Positions 1 to 9,501 of a stretch of DNA of 64,000 nt are shown here, piece after piece. This stretch comes from an uncultured Fibrobacterota bacterium (GTDB taxonomy: Bacteria > Fibrobacterota > CAYVZU01). How positions within the stretch are numbered: position 1 is the first letter of the stretch; every line of letters begins with the position of its first letter. Position numbers and translations under genes: made by a program. The stretch is taken from contig CAYVZU010000004.1 in assembly GCA_964455935.1 (NCBI GenBank), positions 3,695-67,694 of the forward strand, in the 5' to 3' direction. The notes beneath the pieces are model-generated. The model saw only the letters and a program-made list of their open reading frames with translations, was not told where the DNA came from and ran no database searches.

Positions 1-401
1 AAGTTCTCGAAGATGTTGCGCATCTCAGCATCGCTTGCCGCCACCGCCAGGGAACGATAAAAGTTCACGGCCTGCTCTTCTTTTTTCATGGCAAGGGCAA
101 GGGCGTCCTTGGGCGCGATGGCAATGTTGAGCGCAGGCAATTCGGTGGTCTCCGCGATCTTCCAATCCGCCTTCGGGGCCTGCATTTTCATGGTGAGGCT
201 CGGGTCGGCTTTGAATTGCTCCAGCATTTCGCCGTGCCCAATCTCCTGTTCGGCCAGCTCCGCGAAAATCGCCTTCACGCTGGCATTCTCCACTTTCTGG
301 GCCGCACTGTAATAAAATTCCCTGGCCTCAGCTTCCCGCGCTATGGCGAGGGCAAATAATTTTTCAAGTTCCAGCCAGTCCATGTGGTTGCTCCTCTTGG
401 T

Positions 402-3101
402 TTATCGTGCTGTCTTGTTCACGCGCGCCGCACAGCACTTGAATTCCGGGATCTTGGCCACCGGGTCCAGGGCGTCAATGGTAAGGCGATTGGCCGCGGC
501 CTCGGCAAAATGAAACGCCATGAAAATGGTGCCTTGATGAATGGCTTCCGTCACCAGGGCGCGCGTTTTGACCTCGCCCCGCCGCGTCTTCACCTCCACG
601 ACATCACCATGGGCAATTCCAAGGGCGCCCGCATCCCGCGGATGCATTTCCACTTCACCGTGCGGAACCAGGCTATCCAGAACCTTCGAGCGCCGGCTCA
701 TGGTGCCGGTATGAAAATGCTCCAGAAGCCGACCGGTCGTGAGCCGCAGCGGATAATCCGCATCGGGTTCCTCGGTCGGCGGCCGGTACGCGATGACTGT
801 GAGCAATCCTTTACCGCGGGTAAAATTCGCTTTATGAAGGACCGGCGTGCCCGGATGCTCTTCGCTTGGGCAGGGCCAGCGCAGCCCCTCCTTTTCGAGC
901 CGGGCATAGGTCATCCCGGCGTAGGAAGGCGTCAGCGCCTTTATCTCCGCAAACAGGGCCTCGGGCGTCGACGGGAAACCCGCGCACCCCAGGCGCTTGG
1001 CGATTTCAGCGATGATCTCGTAATCCTGCCTGGCCCCCGCAGGCCCCGTGACAGCGGCGCGGCTGATCTGCACCCTGCGTTCGGTGTTGGTGTAGGTCCC
1101 TGTCTTCTCGGCAAACACCTCGCCCGGCAAAACCACATCCGCCATGCGGGCGGTTTCGGTTAGGAAAACGTCCTGGACAATAAGGAAGTCCAGTTTCTTA
1201 AGCTGCTGCTCGACGTGATTTAGATTTGGGTCCGAAATCATGGGGTTTTCGCCCATGATGTAGAGTGCCTTGATCTCCTGGCCGCAGGCTTCCACCATCG
1301 TGGTCACGGTCTTGCCGATCTGTGCGTCCATCTTGGCCGGATCCAGTCCCCACGCTTTGGCGAACTTCGCCCGGACTTTCTCGTCAAGGACCGGCTGGTA
1401 CCCGGTGAAGACATTGGGAAGCGCTCCCATGTCGCAGGCCCCCTGCACGTTCGATTGACCGCGCAGCGGGTTGACGCCGCCTCCTTCAATTCCCAGGTTT
1501 CCGGTAATCATGGAAAGATTGGCAACGGCTTTGACGTTGTCCACCCCATGGGAACTCTGTGTGATTCCCATGCTGAAGTAGATCGCGCCTTTCCCGCCCG
1601 TGGCAAAGAGCTTTGCGATTTCGTACAGGGTCTGCTGCGGAATGCCGCTGAGTTCTTCCGCTTTTTGCGGCGTATAGAATTCTAGCGACTTACGATACTC
1701 ATCCCATCCTTCGCACCGTTCGTTGATATAGTCCTGCTTCTGCCAACCCTCGCGCACGATAATGTGCTGAAGGCCCATGAGCCAGGCCACGTCGGACCCG
1801 CTCTTCTGCTGGGCAAAAATCGTGGCCTCTTTGGCCAGATCGGTTTCGCGGGGATCGACGACAATGAGCTTGACGCCGTTCTTCTTTACGGCCTTCTTAA
1901 TCATTCCGCCGAAGACGGGATGGCACCACGTGGTGTTGCTTCCGGTAATAAGAATCACATCCGACTTGGCGGCTTCCTGCATGCTGTTGGTCATGGCGCC
2001 GGAACCAAATACGGCGGCCAGTCCCGCCACGGTGGAGGCGTGGCAAAGCCGGGCGCAATGATCCACGTTGTTTGTGCCGATTACCGAGCGGGCAAAGCGC
2101 ATCATGGAATAGTTTTCTTCGTTTGTCACCTTGGCGGAGGCGAAACAGCCGATGGCGCCGGGCCCGTTCTTCTCCTTCACTTCCTTCAGCCGTGAGGCGG
2201 CATAATCGAGTGCTTCGTCCCAGGAGGCCTCCACGAGCCGGCCGTCCTTGCGGATCAAGGGCGTTTTCAACCGATCGGGGTGCGACACAAAATCCAGTCC
2301 GAAACGTCCCTTGACGCAGAGCATTCCTTGGTTGGGCAGGTTCTGCCAGTTTTCCTCGGTGCCCAGAGCCCAGAGAATTTTGTTGTCTTTCACGGCCACA
2401 TCGATGTTACAGCCCACTCCGCAGTAGGGGCAGATCACGCGTTGTTCCCGCACTTCCCACTGGCGCGCCTTCCCCTTGCTCGGCTTGAAAACAAGGGCGC
2501 CCACCGGGCAGACCTGCACGCATTCGCCGCACTGGACGCAGGACGATTCGCCCATGGGTTTGTCGTCATCGCAAACAACCTTGGTCTCCTGGCCGCGAAA
2601 GCCAAAATCGATAACCTCATGCATGACATTATTATTGCACGAGACAATGCAGCGGCCGCACTTGATGCACTTGGCATGGTCGCGGATAATTCCCTCCGAA
2701 GACACATCCTGCTCCGCGGCGGGTTCGCCCAAAGCGAAGGAAGGGCGTTCAATGCCCAGGAAGTAGGCGGCGTTCTGAAGCTCGCAAGCGCCGTTCTGTT
2801 CGCAGGCAAGACAGTCGTGCTTGCCGGACGAAAGGAGCAGATCGACCACCAGACGCTGGGCGGCGCGCACTTTTTCGGAGTCGGTCCGGATGTTCATTCC
2901 GTCTTTAACGGCAACGGTGCATGTAGTCTGCAGCCCCCGCATGCCCTCGATCTCCGCGACACACACGCGACATTTTCCGGCGGGCCCGGTTCGCGGGTGA
3001 TAGCAGAGCGAAGGAATATAAATCCCGCTTTCGCGCGCCACGTCCAAAACGGTCTGGCCCGCGCGGGCCGGATAAGCAATGCCGTCAATGGTAATCTTCA
3101 T
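402..3101 (-). CDS. fdhA: Formate dehydrogenase catalytic (alpha) subunit, FdsA-type: N-terminal NuoG-like Fe-S domains plus Mo-bisPGD domain
   Basis: The 930-aa ORF is trimmed to the MKITIDG start at 3101, which has RBS GGAGGATGGAG upstream. The N-terminus has a plant-type 2Fe-2S motif (CYHPRTGPAGKCRVC), a His-ligated 4Fe-4S site and two CxxCxxCxxxCP ferredoxin motifs. These are followed by a molybdopterin-oxidoreductase domain. The active-site motif reads RLCHASTVAGL, so it carries Cys rather than Sec, and there is no in-frame stop. Confidence 0.85.
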   Translation of the reverse strand: MKITIDGIAYPARAGQTVLDVARESGIYIPSLCYHPRTGPAGKCRVCVAEIEGMRGLQTTCTVAVKDGMNIRTDSEKVRAAQRLVVDLLLSSGKHDCLACEQNGACELQNAAYFLGIERPSFALGEPAAEQDVSSEGIIRDHAKCIKCGRCIVSCNNNVMHEVIDFGFRGQETKVVCDDDKPMGESSCVQCGECVQVCPVGALVFKPSKGKARQWEVREQRVICPYCGVGCNIDVAVKDNKILWALGTEENWQNLPNQGMLCVKGRFGLDFVSHPDRLKTPLIRKDGRLVEASWDEALDYAASRLKEVKEKNGPGAIGCFASAKVTNEENYSMMRFARSVIGTNNVDHCARLCHASTVAGLAAVFGSGAMTNSMQEAAKSDVILITGSNTTWCHPVFGGMIKKAVKKNGVKLIVVDPRETDLAKEATIFAQQKSGSDVAWLMGLQHIIVREGWQKQDYINERCEGWDEYRKSLEFYTPQKAEELSGIPQQTLYEIAKLFATGGKGAIYFSMGITQSSHGVDNVKAVANLSMITGNLGIEGGGVNPLRGQSNVQGACDMGALPNVFTGYQPVLDEKVRAKFAKAWGLDPAKMDAQIGKTVTTMVEACGQEIKALYIMGENPMISDPNLNHVEQQLKKLDFLIVQDVFLTETARMADVVLPGEVFAEKTGTYTNTERRVQISRAAVTGPAGARQDYEIIAEIAKRLGCAGFPSTPEALFAEIKALTPSYAGMTYARLEKEGLRWPCPSEEHPGTPVLHKANFTRGKGLLTVIAYRPPTEEPDADYPLRLTTGRLLEHFHTGTMSRRSKVLDSLVPHGEVEMHPRDAGALGIAHGDVVEVKTRRGEVKTRALVTEAIHQGTIFMAFHFAEAAANRLTIDALDPVAKIPEFKCCAARVNKTAR

Positions 3102-3127
3102 AGCTCCATCCTTTCCAGTTTGGATGA

Positions 3128-6100
3128 TTAATTTTTCCCATAGTCGCACCGAAGGCAGCGCTTGCATTGGGCAAGGGCAACGGGTTCGGTCCACGCCTGC
3201 TCCACCTCGCGGAAGGAATTCTTGCGTTCCGCAATATCCAGCGCGGGTTGTGCGACACGCGGATCGGAAACGGGATCGGCGTTCGGATCAAAGGCGGTCG
3301 TATTCTTCTTCTGTTCCCGCCAGAAGGGATTGGCCTCTCCGTTAAGTAACGCATCGATGCCCAAAGCAGCTCTCTCGCCATCACGGACCGCTTCCACAAC
3401 GGACGCCGCGCCCGCCGTAACGTCACCGCCCGCGAAAAGCCACGGCGTCGACGTGCTTCCCGTAACCAGGTTTACCGGAAGCTGGATGTTTCCGATCGTC
3501 TCCACCTCCACGCCGGAAAGAAGGGAAGGCAGGTCGCATTTTTGCCCAATTGCGAAAATAACGGTATCGGCATCCACCGTAAATGTTTGATCGGTTTTCA
3601 CGGGCTTGCGCCGGCCGCTTTCATCGTATTCGCCCAGCTTCATGACCGCGCAGAGAATTCCGACCGCCTTTCCATCTTTCACCGTCACGGATTCCGGGTT
3701 GGTCAGCGTTTTAAGGACCACGCCTTCGCGCAACGCATCATTGATCTCTTCATCCCAGGCCGGCATTTCCTCGCGGGTCCGCCGGTAAATTAGCGTGACC
3801 TCGGCGCCAAGGCGCAAGGCCGACCGCGCGGCATCGATGGCCGCATTGCCGCCCCCGATAACCGCGACCCGTTTTCCGATTTGCGCTTTTTTCCCTTCGC
3901 TGATCAGTCGCAGAAACTCCAGCGCGTCTGTCACGCCGCCGGCATCTGCGCCCGGAATGGAAAGACGCGCGCCCACCGGGGCACCAACCCCCACAAACAC
4001 GGCTTCATACCCTTCGGCCCGGAGGGAAGGCAAGGTGAAATCCTTTCCCAGCCGCGCTTTGGTCTTAACCGTAACGCCCAGCGAAAGAATCATTTTGATT
4101 TCTTTTTTCAATTCCTCGCGTGGCATCCGGTAGGCGGGAATGGTTTGAACGAGCATGCCTCCAAGCTCGTTTTCCGCTTCAAACAGCACGGGTTTATAGC
4201 CCAAGCGCGCCAGAAAATAGGCGCAGGTCAGACCGGCCGGACCGCCTCCGATAATCGCGATTTTCCTGGAAGCGTTCTTTTCGTTGACCCGGACTTCCGG
4301 TAATTGAGGGGCCTTCTCTTGTTCGACCATAAATCGCTTTACACCGCGGATGGAAACAGGCGAATCGAGCGAAGCGCGGCGGCATTTGGTTTCGCAGGGA
4401 TGGAAACAAACGCGCGCGCAAACAGAGGCGAATGGATTGCGTTCGCGGTGCAACCGCAGGGCCTCATCAAAACGCCGCTCGCCCGTATAGGAGATAAATC
4501 CCGGAACATCCACGGATGCGGGACAACCGCTTTGGCAGGGCGCCCGCACGAGTTTTGAGCAAACCCCGGCATCGCATTGCTTCAGAAGAATGTGGGATTC
4601 GTATTCGTGCCGGAAATGGCGCAGTGTGGAAAGCACGGGGTTGGAGGCCGTTTGCCCCAGGCCGCAAAGCGAGGTGTCCTTGATCTGCTGCCCCATTTTT
4701 TCGAGCGCCGGAATGTCCTGCATTGTTCCCTGGCCCGAACAGATGCGGTTGAGTATCTCGAGCATGCGCATGGTCCCTTCGCGGCAAGGAACGCATTTTC
4801 CGCACGATTCTTCCTGGACGAACTCCAGAAAGAACCGCGCCACGTCCACCATGCAGGAATTCGCGTCCAGAACGATCAAGCCGCCCGAACCCATAATGGC
4901 GCCTAATTCCAGGAGCGACTCGTAATTCAAGGGCACGTTCAAATGCTTGCGCGGAATGCATCCGCCGGAAGGCCCTCCGATCTGGGCGGCCTTGAACTCA
5001 CGGCCCGAAACGATCCCCCCGCCTATATCATAAATCAATTCGGCCAAGGGAGTGCCAATCGGGACTTCCACCAATCCCGTGTATTTTATGGCGCCGGCCA
5101 ACGCGAACACCTTGGAGCCCTTGGCTTGCGCCGTACCGATCTCGGCAAACCATGTGCCGCCATGCAAAATGATTGGCGGGACATTGGCGTATGTCTCCAC
5201 ATTGTTAAGCACGGTGGGCTTGCTCCAAAGCCCCTTCTGCGCGGGAAAAGGCGGACGAGGCCGGGGTTCTCCGCGGTTTCCTTCAATGGAAGCGATCAGC
5301 GCGGTCTCTTCGCCGCATACGAACGCGCCGGACCCCATGCGAATGGAAAGATCAAAGGAAAACGAGGACCCTAGGATATTCTCCCCTAAAAGGCCATATT
5401 GGCGCGCCTGCTTAATCGCGTGCTCCAGCCGCTCGACGGCCAACGGGTATTCGGCGCGCACATAAACAAAACCTTCCTTTGCGCCGATCGCATAGGCGCC
5501 AATCGCCATGCCTTCGATCACGCTGTAGGGATCGCCTTCCAGAACGCTCCGGTCCATATAGGCCCCAGGATCGCCTTCGTCGGCATTGCAAAGGATATAT
5601 TTGGTCTCTCCCGGTTCAGCTTTTGTAAAATTCCACTTCAAGCCTGTAGGAAAACCGGCGCCCCCCCGTCCGCGCAATGCCGAGATCTTTACTTGGCTTA
5701 TAACTTCGTCGGGCGACAGCGAGGTCACGGCCTTGGCAAGGGCGGCGAAGCCATCCATGCCTATGTAATCTTCGATCCGCAGAGGATCTACCTGGCCGCA
5801 GTTGCGGAGAACGATCTTTTTTTGCCGTTTGAAAAAAGGAATATCGCTGAGTTTCGCGAGGGATTCGGATTCCAAATCTCCCTTTGGAAGAAGGCGCTTA
5901 ACGACCTCGCCCTTTTCGATGTGAAGATCAATGATTTCCTCGGCATCTTTCGGTCCGATATTTTGATAAAAAACATCGCCGGGACGGACAAGCAGGACCG
6001 GCCCGCAGACGCAAGGTCCCAGGCATCCTGTTTCCGTAAGCGTGACTTTGCCTTCCAGCTTCTTATCGCGGATGCGCGCAAGAAGCGCCTCTTTTATCCG

Positions 6101-6268
6101 ATGCGAACCCGAAGCGATGCAACCGCCGCCCATGCACAATCGTACCTCGAATTTGCCCCCGGATATCCGGCTTTGCATTTCGGTTTTTACACGGTCCCGC
6201 ATGGCCGCGAGCGCATGGGGATCGCCGATAATCTTTTTTGATTGGATTGTCGCGAATTTCATGCGCAC
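3128..6268 (-). CDS. NuoF-like NADH-binding FMN/4Fe-4S subunit (formate dehydrogenase beta-like) fused to an N-terminal thioredoxin-like [2Fe-2S] domain and a C-terminal GltD/NfnB-like FAD/NAD(P)H oxidoreductase module
   Basis: The protein is 1046 aa. Its N-terminus has CMGGGC...CLGPCVCGP (NuoE-type Trx-like 2Fe-2S). The central region has GAGFPTG and CGEETAL (NuoF 51-kDa FMN/NADH sites) and CGKCVPCREG (4Fe-4S). The C-terminus has two 4Fe-4S Cys clusters followed by IIGGGPAG...VIGGGNAAIDAA...FAGGD, the nucleotide-binding motifs of the glutamate-synthase small-subunit family. It sits 26 nt upstream of fdhA. Confidence 0.8.
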   Translation of the reverse strand: MRMKFATIQSKKIIGDPHALAAMRDRVKTEMQSRISGGKFEVRLCMGGGCIASGSHRIKEALLARIRDKKLEGKVTLTETGCLGPCVCGPVLLVRPGDVFYQNIGPKDAEEIIDLHIEKGEVVKRLLPKGDLESESLAKLSDIPFFKRQKKIVLRNCGQVDPLRIEDYIGMDGFAALAKAVTSLSPDEVISQVKISALRGRGGAGFPTGLKWNFTKAEPGETKYILCNADEGDPGAYMDRSVLEGDPYSVIEGMAIGAYAIGAKEGFVYVRAEYPLAVERLEHAIKQARQYGLLGENILGSSFSFDLSIRMGSGAFVCGEETALIASIEGNRGEPRPRPPFPAQKGLWSKPTVLNNVETYANVPPIILHGGTWFAEIGTAQAKGSKVFALAGAIKYTGLVEVPIGTPLAELIYDIGGGIVSGREFKAAQIGGPSGGCIPRKHLNVPLNYESLLELGAIMGSGGLIVLDANSCMVDVARFFLEFVQEESCGKCVPCREGTMRMLEILNRICSGQGTMQDIPALEKMGQQIKDTSLCGLGQTASNPVLSTLRHFRHEYESHILLKQCDAGVCSKLVRAPCQSGCPASVDVPGFISYTGERRFDEALRLHRERNPFASVCARVCFHPCETKCRRASLDSPVSIRGVKRFMVEQEKAPQLPEVRVNEKNASRKIAIIGGGPAGLTCAYFLARLGYKPVLFEAENELGGMLVQTIPAYRMPREELKKEIKMILSLGVTVKTKARLGKDFTLPSLRAEGYEAVFVGVGAPVGARLSIPGADAGGVTDALEFLRLISEGKKAQIGKRVAVIGGGNAAIDAARSALRLGAEVTLIYRRTREEMPAWDEEINDALREGVVLKTLTNPESVTVKDGKAVGILCAVMKLGEYDESGRRKPVKTDQTFTVDADTVIFAIGQKCDLPSLLSGVEVETIGNIQLPVNLVTGSTSTPWLFAGGDVTAGAASVVEAVRDGERAALGIDALLNGEANPFWREQKKNTTAFDPNADPVSDPRVAQPALDIAERKNSFREVEQAWTEPVALAQCKRCLRCDYGKN

Positions 6269-6792
6269 ACCATCTCTTTCTTTTCCACCTCGCGGTATTG
6301 CTGCAAGATCTGGCGGACTTTTGCGGGCTTAACGCGTTGATGGACCGTATCGTTGACCATAATAACCGGCGCCAAACCGCACGCGCCGAAGCAGCGCCCG
6401 ATTTCTAGGGTAAAAAGGCGGTCCGCCGAGGTTTCTCCGACGTCAATGCCCAGGTCTTTTTTTATGGCTTCCAGCACATCATTACCGCCGCGAACATAGC
6501 ATGCCGTTCCCAGGCAGACGCGGACCGTATATTTCCCGCGCGGAACAAGGGAAAAAAAAGAGTAAAAGGTAATTACGCCCTGAATCTTTGAAAGGGGAAC
6601 ATTCAACTTGCTCCCAATCCGCCGGACCGCTTCGTTCGGGACGTATCCGAACATTTTTTGCGTCTCCTGAAGCGCCGGGATCAGGGGGCTTTGTACGGAT
6701 TTGTATTCCTCCAGTTTGGCGTCCAGGTCGTCCAGAAGGATTTTCTCCTTTTCCGTAAGCGCAAATGCGCTTCGGTTTGCTTTCTTTTCCAT
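6259..6792 (-). CDS. NuoE-like thioredoxin-like [2Fe-2S] ferredoxin subunit (FdsG/HoxE-like)
   Basis: A 177-aa protein with CLGTACYV...CFGACGLAP, the NuoE 24-kDa signature. Its stop overlaps the start of the NuoF-fusion gene, suggesting translational coupling. Confidence 0.8.
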   Translation of the reverse strand: MEKKANRSAFALTEKEKILLDDLDAKLEEYKSVQSPLIPALQETQKMFGYVPNEAVRRIGSKLNVPLSKIQGVITFYSFFSLVPRGKYTVRVCLGTACYVRGGNDVLEAIKKDLGIDVGETSADRLFTLEIGRCFGACGLAPVIMVNDTVHQRVKPAKVRQILQQYREVEKKEMVCA

Positions 6793-6822
6793 TATTCCAG
6801 CTCCCCAAAAATGATTAATTCG

Positions 6823-8121
6823 TTACGCATTGGACTTCGCCGCGTAAGGTTTGTTGCCGGCAATGAAAGAAAGCAGCAATCCGATTGCAAGCACAATCGC
6901 CCCAAACGCAAAGGAGTAGTAGGCGGCATTTGCGGGGCGCAAATCCGAAATGACCGCAACAACCTGGGGGCCCACAATTCCCGCCACCGACCAAGCCGTA
7001 AGAATCGATCCGTATACGATCGGCATCATTTTGGCGCCGAATACCGTGGTAACAAAAGAGGGCATCGTGCCGAATCCGCCGCCATAGCAAAGCAGGATAT
7101 AGCAAATCAGAATTGCAAATACCCAAGGATTCGAAACGAACATGAGTGATATGAAGGCCAGCACCTGGGTTGTAAGCATGATCCGAAAAACCTGTATTCT
7201 TCCGAGTTTATCCGAGGTTCCTCCCCAGAAAAAGCGACCTATGCCATTGAAAAGTGAACTGACGGCGATCAGTGTCGCGCCAATCGCGGCCAACGCTGCT
7301 GCATCGAGGTTGGGATTTGCGGCTTTTGCGAAACCCTGCATAAGAGGGGATTGAAAACCGATGATGGCGATCCCAGCACAGATATTGCAGAAGAAAATTA
7401 GCCACATAATGAAAAAACGACCGCTAAACACATATTCCAAAAGGGTTCCTGAACGTTCATCCACCTGTGCGGATGCGGCCGTTGGCTTGGAAGCGGCGTT
7501 TTGGGCCGCTGGAACGGTATAGCCGGCCGGGGGATTTTGTAGAAAAAATCCGGCAAACATGGTCAGGGCCATGAAAACCAGGCCCAGGTAAGCGAAAACC
7601 TGGACCAGATTGCCGTGAGTGGCCGAAAGCAGCATCGGCGCGAATACTTTGCTCATCAGCAAGGCGCCCAACCCAAAGCCCATGACGACCATTCCCGTAA
7701 TAAAGCCCCGCTTGTCGGGAAACCATTTTGCCGCGGTCGCCACAGGCGTAACATAACCCAGTCCCAGTCCGCATCCGCCAATGACTCCGTATCCAATGTA
7801 CAGCAAAACAAGCGATTGATTTCGCAGCGCAAGAGCGCCCAAAAGGTATCCCAATCCAAAGAGAAATCCGCCGGTCATCGCCAATTTTCGAGGACCATAT
7901 TTGGCCAGATTAACTCCGCCCCAGGCGGCCGAAAGGCCAAGGAAACAGATCGCAAGGCTAAAAGCCCAAGCCGCTTGCGAGTTGCTCCATTGGTAAGTGG
8001 CGGTCAGGGGCTTCTGGAAATAGCTCCAGGCATAAACCGTTCCGAGCATAAGTTGAAGCGCCACGCCGGCGAAGGCTACTCCCCATCGATTCTGCACGGC
8101 CGTCTTTGAACCTCGTTCCAT
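6823..8121 (-). CDS. MFS transporter, oxalate/formate antiporter (OFA) family
   Basis: A 432-aa, 12-TM protein. Its N-terminus (RWGVAFAGVALQLMLGTVYAWSYF) is characteristic of the OFA family. It lies 30 nt upstream of the NuoE-like gene and is first in the fdh operon. Confidence 0.8.
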   Translation of the reverse strand: MERGSKTAVQNRWGVAFAGVALQLMLGTVYAWSYFQKPLTATYQWSNSQAAWAFSLAICFLGLSAAWGGVNLAKYGPRKLAMTGGFLFGLGYLLGALALRNQSLVLLYIGYGVIGGCGLGLGYVTPVATAAKWFPDKRGFITGMVVMGFGLGALLMSKVFAPMLLSATHGNLVQVFAYLGLVFMALTMFAGFFLQNPPAGYTVPAAQNAASKPTAASAQVDERSGTLLEYVFSGRFFIMWLIFFCNICAGIAIIGFQSPLMQGFAKAANPNLDAAALAAIGATLIAVSSLFNGIGRFFWGGTSDKLGRIQVFRIMLTTQVLAFISLMFVSNPWVFAILICYILLCYGGGFGTMPSFVTTVFGAKMMPIVYGSILTAWSVAGIVGPQVVAVISDLRPANAAYYSFAFGAIVLAIGLLLSFIAGNKPYAAKSNA

Positions 8122-8223
8122 GAATCCTCCTGCTTTGTGTGTTTAAGGAATTGTTATTTTTGTACCCGTTCTTAATTGGAGTCGCTTAAAATAAATGCTC
8201 TTATTATGAAATGGCAACGATTA

Positions 8224-8239
8224 TGTGAGAAAAATCACA
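8224..8239. promoter_or_regulatory. CRP/FNR-family binding site TGTGA-N6-TCACA (perfect CRP consensus half-sites)
   Basis: The sequence tTATGTGAgaaaaaTCACATca lies about 105 bp upstream of the OFA-fdh operon start codon. A CATAAT -10-like hexamer on the minus strand lies near 8203-8208, which is compatible with class II positioning. Confidence 0.4.
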
Positions 8240-8696
8240 TCACCGTTTAGCCCTGCTTTGAAATGACCCAAGTTAGAGCATGCGGCCTAAAACACCTTTC
8301 ACACCGATACAAGCCAGTTTGTTGGTGGCTTTAAAGAATCCGTTTCATGGGAAATTTGCCTCGAAAATGAAGCATGAAGCTGAGATGGGGCAAATCTGGC
8401 ATCTCAGCTGCCCCAAAGATAAATGAATTGTGACATTTTAGGTACCCTTAAGCGATTTAAGCATATTTTGTAACATAAACTGGGGCACGCAGCCATCCTA
8501 AATGGTGTAGTGGCATTTATTAAATGCCCAGGTTCCCGCTGCGAAGCTGGGCTCAAACCGACCCGTTCTCCGCTTTGGATGGAGAAATTGGAACAAGATC
8601 TTACCACTTTCAATATGGAGAATCAACTGCGCCATTTGGGATGATGAAGACGGCTTTGGCTGGACCGCCGAGATCAAATTCTGAATCCACGTCGAT

Positions 8697-9497
8697 TCAG
8701 TTATACCCGTGCAGCCCGCCCAGAACCAGCGTGGCAAAAATGGTTGCCAGCACGCAAATGAACCCCAAGAGACTTAAAAGAACCGTCGGCATGCCGCGCC
8801 AACCTCGAATCCAACGGGCATGCAGGTATATAGTATAGACCAGCCAGATGATCAGCGCGCCGACTTCCTTGGGGTCCCAACTCCAGAAGCTGCCCCAGGC
8901 CTGATGCGCCCAAATAGCCCCGGCAAAGAGCGCACCAACGGTGAAAAGCGGGTATCCCGCGGAAATCGCTTTGTATTCAAACTGGTCGATGAGAACCCAA
9001 TCCGGAAGCCTCCGGCCCAAGCGGCTGTGCATCGGGACAGCCCGCTTTAGGAGGAACAGAAGACTCGCGCCAAAGGCCACGGCAAAGGCCGCTTCACCTG
9101 CGGCCGCCAGGGTCACGTGAATCGGCAGCCAGATGCTTCTCAAGGCCGGCACAAGCTGGGCCGAAGGCTCCTTGGGGAGAAGCGAGGCCGCGGCCACAAG
9201 CATGAACACGATCCAGGCAATGGCCGTCTCGAATTCGGGCCTGCGGAATTTCACCATCGCGACGAAGTAAAAGATGGCAGTGGCCCAGGAAAGGAGACCA
9301 AGATATTCGAAAAGGTTCGTGATGGGTAGATGGCCCAAGGCGAATCCGCGGCGGCCCAAGGCCAGGCTCTCCACAATCAATCCGGCAGCCATCGACAGCT
9401 CGGCCGTAAGGCCGATTTTTCTATGCCTCACCACAATGTGAGCCGTGTGCAGGAGACAGGCAGTGCCATAAAGCAGAAAGCAGGTCCGGAAGAGCAC
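8697..9497 (-). CDS. ccsA: Cytochrome c biogenesis protein CcsA (ResC), System II heme-handling WWD protein
   Basis: A 266-aa polytopic protein with WAHQAWGSFWSWDPKE (tryptophan-rich WWD motif) and conserved His residues. Confidence 0.8.
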   Translation of the reverse strand: MLFRTCFLLYGTACLLHTAHIVVRHRKIGLTAELSMAAGLIVESLALGRRGFALGHLPITNLFEYLGLLSWATAIFYFVAMVKFRRPEFETAIAWIVFMLVAAASLLPKEPSAQLVPALRSIWLPIHVTLAAAGEAAFAVAFGASLLFLLKRAVPMHSRLGRRLPDWVLIDQFEYKAISAGYPLFTVGALFAGAIWAHQAWGSFWSWDPKEVGALIIWLVYTIYLHARWIRGWRGMPTVLLSLLGFICVLATIFATLVLGGLHGYN

Positions 9498-9501
9498 GAC
9501 A

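Noticed and set aside
384-1163. 259-aa plus-strand ORF, with other 60-150-aa ORFs, antisense to fdhA
   Set aside because: It overlaps the strongly supported 930-aa FdhA gene on the opposite strand. It has an Arg/Gly/Pro-rich composition typical of antisense frames in high-GC DNA.
402-3101. Selenocysteine (TGA-encoded) formate dehydrogenase
   Set aside because: The ORF is continuous and the active-site position reads Cys (RLCHASTVAGL), so this is a Cys-type enzyme.
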